From the NCBI GenBank assembly GCA_965648935.1, contig CBFGIY010000031.1, forward strand, positions 1 to 26,479: a stretch of 26,479 nt of DNA. The letters run 5' to 3'. The stretch's first letter is position 1. The number at the start of each line of letters is the position of its first letter. Source of the stretch: a candidate division WOR-3 bacterium (GTDB lineage: Bacteria > Hydrothermota > Tepidihabitantia > Tepidihabitantales > Tepidihabitantaceae). Both the position numbers and the translations under genes were made by a program. The notes beneath the pieces were generated by a model. That model was not told where the DNA came from. It saw only the letters and a program-made list of their open reading frames with translations, and did not search any database. This document shows, in pieces, positions 4,987 to 15,741 of the stretch.

Positions 4987-7959
4987 CTAGCGCAACAGCA
5001 TCGCGCGCTGGGTGGTCTCCAGCCCCGGCCCGGCGAGCTTGATGAAGTACACGCCGTTTGAGAGACCCTGCGGCTGCCACGCGACCGTGTTGCGGCCGGC
5101 GGCGGCCAAGCCATCAAAGAGCAGGCCGACTTCACGCCCGGTGGCGTCGTAGGCCGCGACCCGGACCCGGCCTGCTGACGCCAGCGCGAAGCTCACGAGT
5201 GTCCGGCCCGAGAACGGGTTGGGCGCCACTTCGAGCCGCATCCGGGCCGGTTCGACCGGGTGCGGCGATTCGAGCACGCCGACGCTGCCGTCGTACCAGG
5301 ACTGGGCCGAATCGGCGTGGGCACGGCACACGTTCTCGTCCGAGCCGCCCACGAATGCGACCGCAAAACGCTGGGTCTGCCCGACCGCAAGGTCAAACGG
5401 GCCGACCGAAGTCACGATCGACCAGTCGTAGTTGCGCGTGGAGCTGCGCTGGTTGATGGTGCCGTTGAGGAAGCGGAACTTCTGGTTGTCGGTGACGCAG
5501 GAGTCGGTCGGGTAGACGTAGATGGCGTGGTCGATGCAGGTCAGATTCCGCCACGAGTATGGGTAGAGGATCTTGACCCCGACTGTCGGGTTGGCCGACG
5601 TCGAGGTGCGCATGTAGGCGAGCCGGCGCACCGTGTCGGTGCCGGCGGTATTGCTCGAACTGGTGCCGAGGTCGAAGTCGGCAAACACCCCGGCATACGC
5701 ACCGGTCACCGCGCTCGAACCGTTGTTGGTGATGTCGTAAACCAGCGCGACGAAGTCGTCGTATCCGGCCGCGGCGTTCTGGTAGCTGTGCTGGGTCACG
5801 CGCAGGCCCTTGGGGCTCGGGTGGCCCGCGTCGGAGAACACGCCCCGGAACTGCTCGTCGGCGTACATCGGCGGGGTGAGCGCGCGCAGGGATTCGACGA
5901 CGCGGAAATCGGCATTGGGCGCACCGTTGGCCGGCTGGCCGAAGTAACGGTCCGCGACCCAGTCGGTGCCCGTGCCGATTGCGAGCGAGCTGTAGAAGAG
6001 CTGCGACGCCGTGGCCTTGGGATACGAAAAGCCCGCACCGAGTTCGGCCGGCGGCAGGTCATAGCCGATCGAGCCGAGGCAGGTGACCGACAGCTTGCAG
6101 TAGCCGGTGTCGTGGTCCATCACGACCGCGCCGGGCGTCGCCGGCTGGCCCACCACGAGGCTGATGACGAACTGCGTGGCGTAGTCGGCCGAGTCCCCGG
6201 TCACGCGCAAGGTGCAGGGCACCGCGGTGCCCGGCGGGATGCTTGCGTTGGCCGTGACCGTGAACTTGTTGGCCGCATTGGTCGCGGTGTCGCCGCGGGC
6301 GATGTTGCCCCAGGCGCCGTTCGGGTCGGGCACGGTCAGCCGCGCGTCGCCCGAGAAGAGCGTGCCGACCGTGTTGTTGCAGTTGGCCCCGCCGCTGTTG
6401 CGCAGGGTCATCTGCAGGTCCGCGGTCTCGCCCGGGTCGAGCCGGCCGTTGTTGTTGCCCGCGCCGTCGAGCACGAGCGTGCGCACGAGATTGAGAATCG
6501 GCGGCCCGGCCGAGGCCCCGACCGCGTTCACCGCGGCCAGCGCGTCGATGCGGCCCGCGCCGAAGTCGTTGTCCTTGCCGGTCGGCCCGAAGTCGGCCGC
6601 GGTGGTCTCGAGTATCGAGTCGATGACCGCCGGCGAGAGGTTGGGGTTCTTCGACAGCATCAGGCAGACCGCGCCGGCCACGTGCGGCGTGGCCATCGAG
6701 GTGCCCGACATGTTGGTGTAGCCGCCGGTACGCGCGAGGGACTTGATGTTGTCGCCCGGCGCGCTGACATCCGGCCGGGTCAGTCCCGGCGGGTAGGCAT
6801 AATCGTTGAACGGGTTCACGCTGGACCAGGTCACCGGCCCGCGCGATGAGAACGACGCGATGGCGTCCGAGGAGGTGGTCGCGCCGATGGACATTATCCC
6901 GGAAAGCGCGCCGGTGCCGGTGTTCTGCGGATTCCACCACGGCGGCGGCACGTTGCCCGGGCAGCGGCACGAGTTGGGCGGCGAGGTCGAACGCTCGTTG
7001 CCCGCCGCGACAATCTGGGCGAGGCCGGCCGCGTTCACGTTGTTCGCGGTCGTGCGCCACGTCGCCTGTTTCGGGTTCCAGGTCAGCACCCAGCCCAGCG
7101 ACATCGTGTACAGGTCCGCGCCATTGGCCGGCGACAGGGGCGGGCTGACGCAGAACTGCATCGCCTGCCAGCACTGGCTCTCCGCGATCGAATCGGCGGT
7201 CGTGCGCACCCGCAGGCCCATTATCTGCGCATCCGGCGCCACGCCGCACTGGCTGCCCGCGGTGCCGTCCGAGGCAACCGAGCCGGCCGTGTGCGTGCCG
7301 TGGCCCTGCGCGTCCATCGGGTCGTTGGTGTTGTTCTCGAAGTTCCAGCCGTGGTTGGGGTAGTTCGGGTCGGTCCACATGTGGTCGGCCAGGTCCGGGT
7401 GGTTGTAGTTCACGCCGGTGTCGATGTGGCCGCAGACGATGCCCTGCCCGGTGTAGCCGAGCGCCCACACCGCCGGCGCGTTGACCTTCGCCACGCCCCA
7501 GGCAATCTCGTCGGCCCCGTCGGCCGGCTCTTCCGGCTCGAGCAGGTCGGGCGAGTGCACCAGGTCGTAGTCCACGTAGTTCACCTCGGGCCGGGCCGAA
7601 AGCGCACGGATGACCTCGGGCGTCGCCTCGAGGTACACGGCGTTGACTATCCACAGCGGCCTTATGTCGGCCGCCGCGCCGCGCGCGCTCGCGCCCGCGA
7701 GGTACTCGAGCAGCCCGGCCTGCTGTTCGGCCGACCACGCCTGCAGAATTCGCGCCACTTCCATCCGGCGCTGGACCCGGGGCAGGCCGTCGACCAGCGA
7801 ATTGAGCAGCCCGCTGTCGTACTGCTCCTTGAGCACGACGTGCACCGGCAGGCGCGCGTCGGCCGCGGTTGTCAGAAGTCGGGTCTCGAGGTCGGGCGAC
7901 AGCAGCCCGAAACTCGCGCCGGCCAGCACCAGCAGCAGTGCCAGTACGGTCTTACGCAT
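4987..7959 (-). CDS. Secreted S8 (subtilisin-like) serine peptidase with a C-terminal FlgD/T9SS-like sorting domain (990 aa)
   Basis: AGGAGG RBS; signal peptide MRKTVLALLLVLAGASFG; triad IDTG, HGTH, GTSMATP; oxyanion AAGN; C-terminal PNPF..YDATGREV..GVYFIKL. Confidence 0.93.
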   Translation of the reverse strand: MRKTVLALLLVLAGASFGLLSPDLETRLLTTAADARLPVHVVLKEQYDSGLLNSLVDGLPRVQRRMEVARILQAWSAEQQAGLLEYLAGASARGAAADIRPLWIVNAVYLEATPEVIRALSARPEVNYVDYDLVHSPDLLEPEEPADGADEIAWGVAKVNAPAVWALGYTGQGIVCGHIDTGVNYNHPDLADHMWTDPNYPNHGWNFENNTNDPMDAQGHGTHTAGSVASDGTAGSQCGVAPDAQIMGLRVRTTADSIAESQCWQAMQFCVSPPLSPANGADLYTMSLGWVLTWNPKQATWRTTANNVNAAGLAQIVAAGNERSTSPPNSCRCPGNVPPPWWNPQNTGTGALSGIMSIGATTSSDAIASFSSRGPVTWSSVNPFNDYAYPPGLTRPDVSAPGDNIKSLARTGGYTNMSGTSMATPHVAGAVCLMLSKNPNLSPAVIDSILETTAADFGPTGKDNDFGAGRIDALAAVNAVGASAGPPILNLVRTLVLDGAGNNNGRLDPGETADLQMTLRNSGGANCNNTVGTLFSGDARLTVPDPNGAWGNIARGDTATNAANKFTVTANASIPPGTAVPCTLRVTGDSADYATQFVISLVVGQPATPGAVVMDHDTGYCKLSVTCLGSIGYDLPPAELGAGFSYPKATASQLFYSSLAIGTGTDWVADRYFGQPANGAPNADFRVVESLRALTPPMYADEQFRGVFSDAGHPSPKGLRVTQHSYQNAAAGYDDFVALVYDITNNGSSAVTGAYAGVFADFDLGTSSSNTAGTDTVRRLAYMRTSTSANPTVGVKILYPYSWRNLTCIDHAIYVYPTDSCVTDNQKFRFLNGTINQRSSTRNYDWSIVTSVGPFDLAVGQTQRFAVAFVGGSDENVCRAHADSAQSWYDGSVGVLESPHPVEPARMRLEVAPNPFSGRTLVSFALASAGRVRVAAYDATGREVGLLFDGLAAAGRNTVAWQPQGLSNGVYFIKLAGPGLETTQRAMLLR

Positions 7960-8059
7960 CAGGACCTCCTTGGGTAAAGGCACGAACCGGGCGCCCGCCC
8001 GCATCGTTGCCGCGCCTTGAGCGGCGCGGGTAAGGGCGCTGCCGGCCATACGATTGTCT

Positions 8060-8088
8060 ATTCTAGCCCCGGCCGGGCAACGCGTCAA
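8060..8088 (-). promoter_or_regulatory. Sigma70 promoter for the S8 peptidase
   Basis: TTGACG, 17-nt spacer, TAGAAT on the minus strand. Confidence 0.6.
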
Positions 8089-8107
8089 TCGCACCCGGGG
8101 CGCTCGC

Positions 8108-8135
8108 TTGACAGACTGTGCTGCGGCAATATTCT
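8108..8135 (+). promoter_or_regulatory. Sigma70 promoter for the divergent housekeeping operon
   Basis: TTGACA, 16-nt spacer, TATTCT, upstream of ATG 8150. Confidence 0.55.
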
Positions 8136-8149
8136 ACTCTGTTATATCC

Positions 8150-8752
8150 ATGCGCTTTCTCTGGCTCATCGCCCTGCTGACCCTCATCGCGCCGGCCCGG
8201 CTTGCGGCCGAGGCCGCACCCGGCCGGCCGGACCAGAGGGTCGCGCTGTTCCTCGCCCGGCAGTTCTTCTCCGACGAGGAGTACGAACCGCTCGCCCGCC
8301 GTTTCGAGCGCGCCGGCCTGCCGGTTGCGCTGTTATCGGTGGACACCGGTGTCATCGTCAGCGCAAGCCGCGTCATCCTGAACGCCGACCTCGCGCTCAA
8401 GGAAGCGTCGGCCGACAGCTTCGCCGCGCTGGTCCTGGTCGGCGGGCCGGGCATGGTGCTGCACTGGGATGACGAGCTGCTGCACGGTCTCTGCCGCGAG
8501 TTCGCGGCCGCGGGCAAGCCTCTGGCCGCGATCGGCATCGCGCCCGTCGCGCTGGCCCGCGCCGGCGTGCTCAAGGACCGCAGGGCGACCGTGTTTCTTG
8601 AACGGCCGGCCGTGGCCGAACTGCGCGCAGCCGGCGCGCGCCACAGCTTCCGCACTCTGGTCAGCGACCGCAACATCATCACCGCGGCCGAGGCGCGGCG
8701 CGCCGCCGACCTGGGCCTGGCCGTGGTCCGCGCCGTTACAGGCAGGCAGTAG
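8150..8752 (+). CDS. DJ-1/PfpI family protein with a signal-peptide-like N-terminus
   Basis: FSDEEY, ALVLVGGPG, GKPLAAIGIAPVALARAGVLKDRRAT, DRNIITA. Confidence 0.88.
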   Translation: MRFLWLIALLTLIAPARLAAEAAPGRPDQRVALFLARQFFSDEEYEPLARRFERAGLPVALLSVDTGVIVSASRVILNADLALKEASADSFAALVLVGGPGMVLHWDDELLHGLCREFAAAGKPLAAIGIAPVALARAGVLKDRRATVFLERPAVAELRAAGARHSFRTLVSDRNIITAAEARRAADLGLAVVRAVTGRQ

Positions 8753-9208
8753 GTGCGTGCCGTGCTCCAGCGGGTCGCGAACGCCCGGGTCCGGGTCGAT
8801 GCCGAGACGCTGGGCGCGATTGACTCAGGACTCGTCGTCCTGCTCGCGGTCGGCCACGGGGACAACGAGGCGACCTGCCGGCGCCTGGCATCGAAGGTCG
8901 CCCGGCTGCGCATTTTCGAGGACGGCAACGGCAAGATGAACCTGTCCCTGCTCGACACGCGCGGCGCCGCCCTTGTCGTATCCCAGTTCACGCTCTATGC
9001 CGACACCAGCCGCGGCCTGCGCCCGTCTTTCACCAGCGCCGCCCCGCCCGGCCGCGCCGCCGAGCTGTACGAGCGGTTCTGCTCCGAGCTGGGCGAGCTC
9101 GGCGTGCCGGTCCGCACCGGCCGGTTCGGCGCGCATATGACTGTCGAACTCGCCAACAACGGACCCGTGACGCTGATACTCGACGAACCGGAGGCGAACA
9201 AGCAATGA
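8753..9208 (+). CDS. dtd: D-aminoacyl-tRNA deacylase
   Basis: MRAVLQRV, LRIFED..GKMN, SQFTL, NNGPVT. Confidence 0.97.
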   Translation: MRAVLQRVANARVRVDAETLGAIDSGLVVLLAVGHGDNEATCRRLASKVARLRIFEDGNGKMNLSLLDTRGAALVVSQFTLYADTSRGLRPSFTSAAPPGRAAELYERFCSELGELGVPVRTGRFGAHMTVELANNGPVTLILDEPEANKQ

Positions 9209-10069
9209 TACGCAGCATGACCGGGGTCGGCCGCGCCGAGGCGGTGCTCGCGCCGTGGGGCAGCCGGCTGGTGGTCGACATCCGTTCGGTCAACCACAAG
9301 TTCCTCGAGCTGGTGCCGCGCCTGCCCGCCGCGCTCAACGGCTACGAGGGCCAGGTCCGCGACTTCGTCCGCCGCCGGGTCCGGCGCGGCTACATCCAGG
9401 TCCAGCTCTACCTCGACGAGGAATCGGGCGCGCCCCGGCTGCGCCTCAACCACGCGCTGGTCAGGGAGTACCTCGGCGTCGCCCGCGAGGTGGCCCGGCG
9501 CTACCGCGTCAAAGGCGAGCCCGACATCAACACCCTGCTCTCGTTTCCGGGCATCCTCTCGACCGAGAAGGCCGACACCAACCACGCCCGGCTCTGGCAG
9601 CAGTCGCGCAAGGTGCTGGGCGCGGCCCTGCGCCGGCTCATCGAGATGAAGAACGCCGAGGGCGCGGCGCTGGTGCGCGACCTGCGCGGCCGCATCACCC
9701 GCATCCAGCGGGCCGTTCTGGCGATCGAGCGCCGCGTGCCCCAGCGCCTGAAGGAACGGCGCGACGGCCTGCTTGCCCAGGTCAAGGACCTCGGGGTCGA
9801 CGCCGCGCCCAAGCGCATCCTCGAGGAGCTCGCCTTCATCAGCGAGAAGGTGGACATCCACGAGGAGTGCGTGCGCCTGAAGAGCCACTGCGCGCTGTTC
9901 CTGCGCGCCCTGCGCAGCTCGGCGACCTCGGGCAAGAAGCTCGACTTCATATCGCAGGAGATGCTGCGCGAAACCGACACGCTCGCGGCCAAGGCGCGCG
10001 ACATGGTCATCTCGCGCCGCGCCATCGAGATAAAGGGCGAGATCGAGAAGCTCAAGGAACAGGTCCGCA

Positions 10070-10080
<11 letters not shown>
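9205..10080 (+). CDS. yicC: YicC/YloC family endoribonuclease
   Basis: MIRSMTG, IRSVNHKFLE, DIHEECVRL..H, GKKLDFISQEMLRE, KEQVRNVE. Confidence 0.95.
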
Positions 10081-10701
<621 letters not shown>

Positions 10702-10705
<4 letters not shown>

Positions 10706-10959
10706 AACTTGTGTCACCCGAAACTCTCGGACGGCACTACCCCAACAAGTACATCGCGCTCAATGTCGCCGCGCTCGAGGCCCGGCGCCTCATCGAGCAG
10801 ATGCACCGCGACGAGGTCCGGCTCACGAGCTCGCCCTATGACCAGGCACTTGAACGGGTGCTGAACGGCGAGCTCAAGTTCGCGAAGCTGACCGAGGCCG
10901 ACATCGAAGCGCTGGCCCGCGAAGGCTTCGAGGAACCGGTCTACCGGCGTCCGCTCTAG
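10702..10959 (+). CDS. rpoZ: RNA polymerase omega subunit-like protein
   Basis: NKYIALNVAALEARRL motif; canonical gmk-rpoZ-coaBC order. Confidence 0.8.
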
Positions 10960-10989
10960 CGCGCCCGCCTCGGTCTGACTCCCGGGCCA

Positions 10990-12240
10990 ATGGCCGGCCG
11001 CGCCCCAACCGCGCGCCCCGCGCCGCGCGTCCTGCTCGGCGTAACCGGCGGCATCGCCGCCTACAAGTCGCTCGAGCTGGTGCGGCTGTTCGCCCGCGCC
11101 GGCTGGGATATCACCGCGGTGCTGACCCGCTCGGCCCTGAAGTTTGTCGGCCGCGAGTCGTTCGCCGCGCTCACCGGCAACCCGGTCGCCACGGAGCTGT
11201 TTCCGCGCAAGCGCCCGCCCCGGCCGCGCGCGTCCGGCCCGGTCGAGCACGTCGACCTGGCCACCCGCGCCGACCTCGTCTGCGTTGCCCCGGCCACCGC
11301 CAACATAATCGGCAAGCTCGCCTCCGGGATTGCCGACGACCTGCTCTCGACACTGCTCCTCGCCGTGCCCGGGAGCACGCGCCGCGCCGGCCGCCTGCTC
11401 TTTGCCCCGGCGATGAACTCGAATATGTGGGACAACCCGGCCGTGCGCGCCAACATCGAGCGCCTTGCCGGTTTCGGCTGCCGGTTTGTCGAACCTGGCT
11501 CGGGCGAGCTGGCCTGCGGCACCTCGGGTGCCGGCCGGATGGCCGAGCCGGCCGCGATTTTCCAGGCCTGCCGCGCCGCGCTCCTGCCTGCCGCACCGTC
11601 GCTTCGCGGCCGGCGCGTGCTGGTGACCGCGGGCCGCACCGAGGAACCGCTCGACCCGGTGCGTGTCATCACCAACCGCTCGTCCGGCCTGATGGGTACC
11701 GAAATTGCCCGCGCCGCAGCCGCAGCCGGCGCCGATGTAACCCTGGTCTGCGGCGCGCTCTCGGTGCCGCTTCCCCCCGGCGTCCGCGTCATCAGGACAG
11801 TCACGGCTGAAGCGATGCGCACGGCCTTGCTCAGGCGCATCGCCGCGACCGACATCCTGGTGATGTGCGCCGCGGTCGCCGACTACCGGCCCGCGCGCCC
11901 AAGCCGCGCCAAGCTCCACGACGAGCGGCTCGAACTGCGGCTCGAGCGCACGCCCAGCATCCTCGGCGCGGTCGCGGCCGCGCGTCACCGCGCGCTCGTG
12001 GTCGGCTTCTCGCAGGACTCAAGCCTCGCGCGTGCCCGCGCCAAGCTGCGCGCCCACCGGCTCGACCTCATCGTCGCCAACCCGACCGTCACTGCCGGTT
12101 CCGATTACATCCAGCCGACCCTGCTCGGCCCCGGCGGCCGGCCGCGCCGGCTCGCGCGTATGACCAAACCCGAGTTCGCGGCCCGGCTCGTGCGCGAAAT
12201 CGCCGCAACCCGTCGAAAGGACTCACCTGATGCCGCCTGA
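10990..12240 (+). CDS. coaBC: Bifunctional phosphopantothenoylcysteine decarboxylase/synthetase
   Basis: GVTGGIAAYK, APATANII, PAMN, LACG..G.GRM, TAGRTEEPLDPVR.ITNRSSG, AAVADY. Confidence 0.97.
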   Translation: MAGRAPTARPAPRVLLGVTGGIAAYKSLELVRLFARAGWDITAVLTRSALKFVGRESFAALTGNPVATELFPRKRPPRPRASGPVEHVDLATRADLVCVAPATANIIGKLASGIADDLLSTLLLAVPGSTRRAGRLLFAPAMNSNMWDNPAVRANIERLAGFGCRFVEPGSGELACGTSGAGRMAEPAAIFQACRAALLPAAPSLRGRRVLVTAGRTEEPLDPVRVITNRSSGLMGTEIARAAAAAGADVTLVCGALSVPLPPGVRVIRTVTAEAMRTALLRRIAATDILVMCAAVADYRPARPSRAKLHDERLELRLERTPSILGAVAAARHRALVVGFSQDSSLARARAKLRAHRLDLIVANPTVTAGSDYIQPTLLGPGGRPRRLARMTKPEFAARLVREIAATRRKDSPDAA

Positions 12241-13645
12241 AACCGACTCCCCGACCGGACGCAAGCCGCCCCAGGCGCTCGAGGCCGAGGTCGCGGTGCT
12301 CGGCGCGATGCTTCTGGAGCCCGATGCCGTGTCGCGCGTGCTGCAGTACCTCAAACCCGAGCACTTCTACCTCCAGGCCCACCGCCGCATCCACGCGGCT
12401 GTCTGCGCCCTGTTCGAGCGCAACGTGCCGACCGACATCACGACCGTCACCGCCGAGCTCAGGCGGATGAAGGAGCTTGACGCGGTCGGCGGCCAGGCCT
12501 ACCTCTCGGGCCTGCTCGACTCGGTGCTGACCGCGGCCAACTGCGAGGACCACGCCCGGCTCGTTCTGGAAAAATCGGTCCAGCGCCAGCTCATCCAGAC
12601 AGCCACCGAGATTGTCCAGGCCGGCTTCGACGAAGCGTCAAGCGCCGCCGAGCTGCTCGACCAGGCCGAACAGAAGATCTTCGACATCCGCCAGGCCGGT
12701 TTCCGCAAGGGTTTCGACAAGCTCGACGTGCTGCTCAAGATCGAGTGGGAGCGCATCGAGCAGGCAACTGCCGAGAAGCGTTACCTCACCGGTCTGACCA
12801 CCGGCTTTCACGATCTCGACGAGCGCACCTCCGGCCTGCAGAAAGGCGAGCTCGTCATCGTCGCCGGCCGGCCCTCGATGGGCAAAACCGCGCTCGCCCT
12901 CAACATCGCGGTCAACGCCGCGAGCAAGGCCGGCATCGCGGCCGCGGTGTTCAGCCTCGAGATGTCGGCCGAGTCCCTGGTCCAGCGACTGCTCTGCTCC
13001 GCAGGCAGCGTCTCGATGCGCAACCTGCGCCGGGGCCGGCTCGAAGCCGAGGAGCGCACCCGGCTCGCCGCCGCCAGCGGCTCGCTCAGCGAGATGAAGA
13101 TCTACATCGACGACTCGCCCGGCCTGAACGCGCTCGACATCCGCGCGCGCTCGCGCCGCCTCAAGGCCGAACATCCCGACCTCGGCCTCGTCGTCATCGA
13201 CTACCTGCAGTTGATGGAATCGCACGGCGACCGGCGCCGCGAGCGCAACCGCCAGCAGGAGATTTCCGACACGACGCGCGCGCTCAAGGCGATGGCCAAG
13301 GAACTTGGCGTGCCGGTAATCGTGCTCTCCCAGCTCTCGCGCGCCCCGGAAATCCGCGGCGGCGAGAAGCGTCCCCAGCTCTCGGACCTGCGCGAGTCCG
13401 GCGCCATCGAGCAGGACGCCGACCTCGTCATCCTGCTCTACCGCGCCGAGTTCTACGACCCTGACGACCCGGTCAAGAAGGGCAAGGCCGAGGCCATCAT
13501 CGCCAAACAGCGCAACGGCCCGCTCGGCACGGTCGAGCTCGCCTTCCTCGGCCACTGCATGCGCTTCGAGAACCCGTACGGCCGCGAGCTGCCGCCGCCC
13601 GAGCCGCCGCCCGACGAGGCGTTCGAGGACGCCCTGCCCGAATGA
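12230..13645 (+). CDS. dnaB: Replicative DNA helicase
   Basis: PPQALEAEVAVLG, AGRPSMGKT, FSLEMS, IDYLQLM, LSQLSR, SDLRESGAIEQDAD, KQRNGP. Confidence 0.98.
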   Translation: MPPETDSPTGRKPPQALEAEVAVLGAMLLEPDAVSRVLQYLKPEHFYLQAHRRIHAAVCALFERNVPTDITTVTAELRRMKELDAVGGQAYLSGLLDSVLTAANCEDHARLVLEKSVQRQLIQTATEIVQAGFDEASSAAELLDQAEQKIFDIRQAGFRKGFDKLDVLLKIEWERIEQATAEKRYLTGLTTGFHDLDERTSGLQKGELVIVAGRPSMGKTALALNIAVNAASKAGIAAAVFSLEMSAESLVQRLLCSAGSVSMRNLRRGRLEAEERTRLAAASGSLSEMKIYIDDSPGLNALDIRARSRRLKAEHPDLGLVVIDYLQLMESHGDRRRERNRQQEISDTTRALKAMAKELGVPVIVLSQLSRAPEIRGGEKRPQLSDLRESGAIEQDADLVILLYRAEFYDPDDPVKKGKAEAIIAKQRNGPLGTVELAFLGHCMRFENPYGRELPPPEPPPDEAFEDALPE

Positions 13646-13665
13646 CGCGCCCGCCCGGCTGAGCG

Positions 13666-15033
13666 ATGCGCAGCAAGTCGGTCTTCGTCTGCCAGAACTG
13701 CGGCCAGGAAAGCCCGCGCTGGCTCGGGCGCTGCCCGGGCTGCGGCGAGTGGAACACGCTCGTCGAGGAGCAGCGCGCCCCGAAGAAGCCTGACCGCAAC
13801 GCCCGCGTCGCGGTCGGCTCGACCGGCGCCCGGCCGGTCAGGCTCTCCGACATCGCGGCCCAGTCGGCGCGCCGCGTCGCCACCGGCACGGCGGAGCTCG
13901 ACCGCGTGCTCGGCGGCGGACTGGTGCCCGGTTCGATGCTCCTGATCGGCGGCGAACCCGGGGTCGGCAAGTCCACGCTCACGCTGCAGGTCTGCGACCG
14001 GCTCGCCCGCGCCGGCGTCGGCGTGCTCTACGTCACCGGCGAGGAATCGGCCGAGCAGGTGCGCCTGCGCGCCGAGCGCCTCGGCTGCGACACCGCCGGG
14101 ATCAGCATCCTCTGCGCCATCGAGCTTGACGACATCCTCGCCGCGGTCGACCAGACCCGGCCCGGCCTGCTTGTCGTCGACTCGATTCAGACCGTGTTCC
14201 GCTCGACGCTCACCAGCGCTCCCGGCTCGGTCGGCCAGGTCCGCGAATGCACCGCCGAGCTTGTCCGGCTGGCCAAGTCGCGCGCGCTCACGACCTTTGT
14301 CGTCGGCCACGTCACCAAGTTCGGCGCGATTGCCGGGCCCAAGACGCTCGAGCATATGGTCGACACCGTTCTCTACTTCGAGGGCGAGAACTCCCAGCAG
14401 TACCGCATCGTCCGCGCCGCCAAGAACCGCTACGGTTCGACCAACGAAATCGGCGTGTTTGAGATGACCGAGGAAGGCCTGGTCGAGGTCGCCAACCCGT
14501 CCGGCTTCTTTCTCTCGGGCCGGCGCGCCGACGTGTCCGGCTCGGCCGTCATCGCCACGCTCGAGGGCAGCCGGCCGATACTGGTCGAAATCCAGGCCCT
14601 GGCCGCGCCCACGCCCTATGCCCTGCCCCAGCGCACCGCCACCGGCTTCGACATCCGCCGCCTGAGCATGCTCATCTGCGTGCTCGAGCGCCGCGCCGGC
14701 GTGTCCACTGCGGGCCAGGACGTCTTCATCAACGTCGCCGGCGGCCTCAAGCTCGCCGAACCGGCCGGCGACCTCGGGGTGCTGGCCGCGCTCGCCTCGT
14801 CGGTCCGCAACCGGCCCCTGCCTGCCGACACGGTGTTCATCGGCGAGGCCGGGCTGGGCGGCGAGGTGCGCTCGGTCGCCCGCACCGATGCCCGCATCGC
14901 GGAGGCGGTGCGGCTCGGCTTTTCCAGCCTTGTCCTGCCCCGGCGCGGGCTAGACAGAGTCCGCGCAGCCGGGGCAAAACTGCACGCCGTCGACACGGTC
15001 CGCGAGGCGCTTGAGGTTGTCGGGCTGGCCTGA
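13666..15033 (+). CDS. radA: DNA repair protein RadA/Sms
   Basis: CQNCG..CPGC Zn finger, GEPGVGKST, KNRYG, Lon-like C-terminal domain. Confidence 0.98.
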   Translation: MRSKSVFVCQNCGQESPRWLGRCPGCGEWNTLVEEQRAPKKPDRNARVAVGSTGARPVRLSDIAAQSARRVATGTAELDRVLGGGLVPGSMLLIGGEPGVGKSTLTLQVCDRLARAGVGVLYVTGEESAEQVRLRAERLGCDTAGISILCAIELDDILAAVDQTRPGLLVVDSIQTVFRSTLTSAPGSVGQVRECTAELVRLAKSRALTTFVVGHVTKFGAIAGPKTLEHMVDTVLYFEGENSQQYRIVRAAKNRYGSTNEIGVFEMTEEGLVEVANPSGFFLSGRRADVSGSAVIATLEGSRPILVEIQALAAPTPYALPQRTATGFDIRRLSMLICVLERRAGVSTAGQDVFINVAGGLKLAEPAGDLGVLAALASSVRNRPLPADTVFIGEAGLGGEVRSVARTDARIAEAVRLGFSSLVLPRRGLDRVRAAGAKLHAVDTVREALEVVGLA

Positions 15034-15105
15034 CCCCTGCGCGCGGACCCGCGGCGCGCGACAGCACTTGACCCGACCGGGCCTTGCGCCCGGATGGAGG
15101 ATTCG

Positions 15106-15678
15106 ATGATTTTCGGCAAAGTCCGCACCTACCTCGTCGACTTCGACACGCTCACCGACCCGCGCATCGCGCAGTTCTTCGCGCTCGGGCTCGTCGAGGG
15201 CAAGCTCCTTCTCCCCGAGCCGCCCCGGCCTGCGGCCGGAGACAACGACCACCGCACCCGCCGCGCCTGGGAAACCGTTGAGGCACTGAAGAAAGTCAAG
15301 GGCATCACGCTCAAGCTCGACCCGAAGCTGATGGCGCGCGATGGCCTGCTCGCCGCCCTGCGCAAGGCCAAGGGCTTCCTCATCACCAACAGCCCCGACC
15401 TCAAGTCCGCAGCCGCGCCCGCCGCGGTCAACCTGACCGAAATCTACACGCTCTTCAAGCCCGCGTACCTGCCCGGCACGGTTGTCCGGCTGCGCGTCGC
15501 CAAGCGCGGCAAGGAGAAGGACGAGGGTATCGGCTACCTCGAGGGCGGCATCAAGGTCGTCATCGCCGACGCGGCCAACCTCGTCGGCAGCGAGATGGAA
15601 GTGGTCATCCAGGGCGCGCTCGACACCGACGTCGGCCAGGTCGTCTTCGCCAAGCCGCGCTTCGTCGAAGTCGGCTAG
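15106..15678 (+). CDS. PIN/TRAM-domain protein (YacL-like, no transmembrane region)
   Basis: GGAGG RBS; LVDFDTLTDPRI; C-terminal TRAM YLPG..GKEKDEGIGYLEGGIKVVI...TDVGQVVFAK; follows radA as yacL does. Confidence 0.8.
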   Translation: MIFGKVRTYLVDFDTLTDPRIAQFFALGLVEGKLLLPEPPRPAAGDNDHRTRRAWETVEALKKVKGITLKLDPKLMARDGLLAALRKAKGFLITNSPDLKSAAAPAAVNLTEIYTLFKPAYLPGTVVRLRVAKRGKEKDEGIGYLEGGIKVVIADAANLVGSEMEVVIQGALDTDVGQVVFAKPRFVEVG

Positions 15679-15696
15679 CGCCGGAATCTGCGGACC

Positions 15697-15715
15697 GGGG
15701 ACTGACCGAGTCCCC
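15697..15715. terminator. Hairpin between convergent operons
   Basis: GGGGACT-GACCG-AGTCCCC followed by TCTGT. Confidence 0.45.
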
Positions 15716-15741
15716 TCTGTCGCTCGGGCCGGTTCGTTCTG

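Noticed and set aside
12230..13645. Intein in DnaB
   Set aside because: Normal length (471 aa) with uninterrupted helicase motifs.
14530..15033. Inactive Lon-like domain in RadA as a novelty
   Set aside because: This is a well-known standard feature of RadA/Sms.
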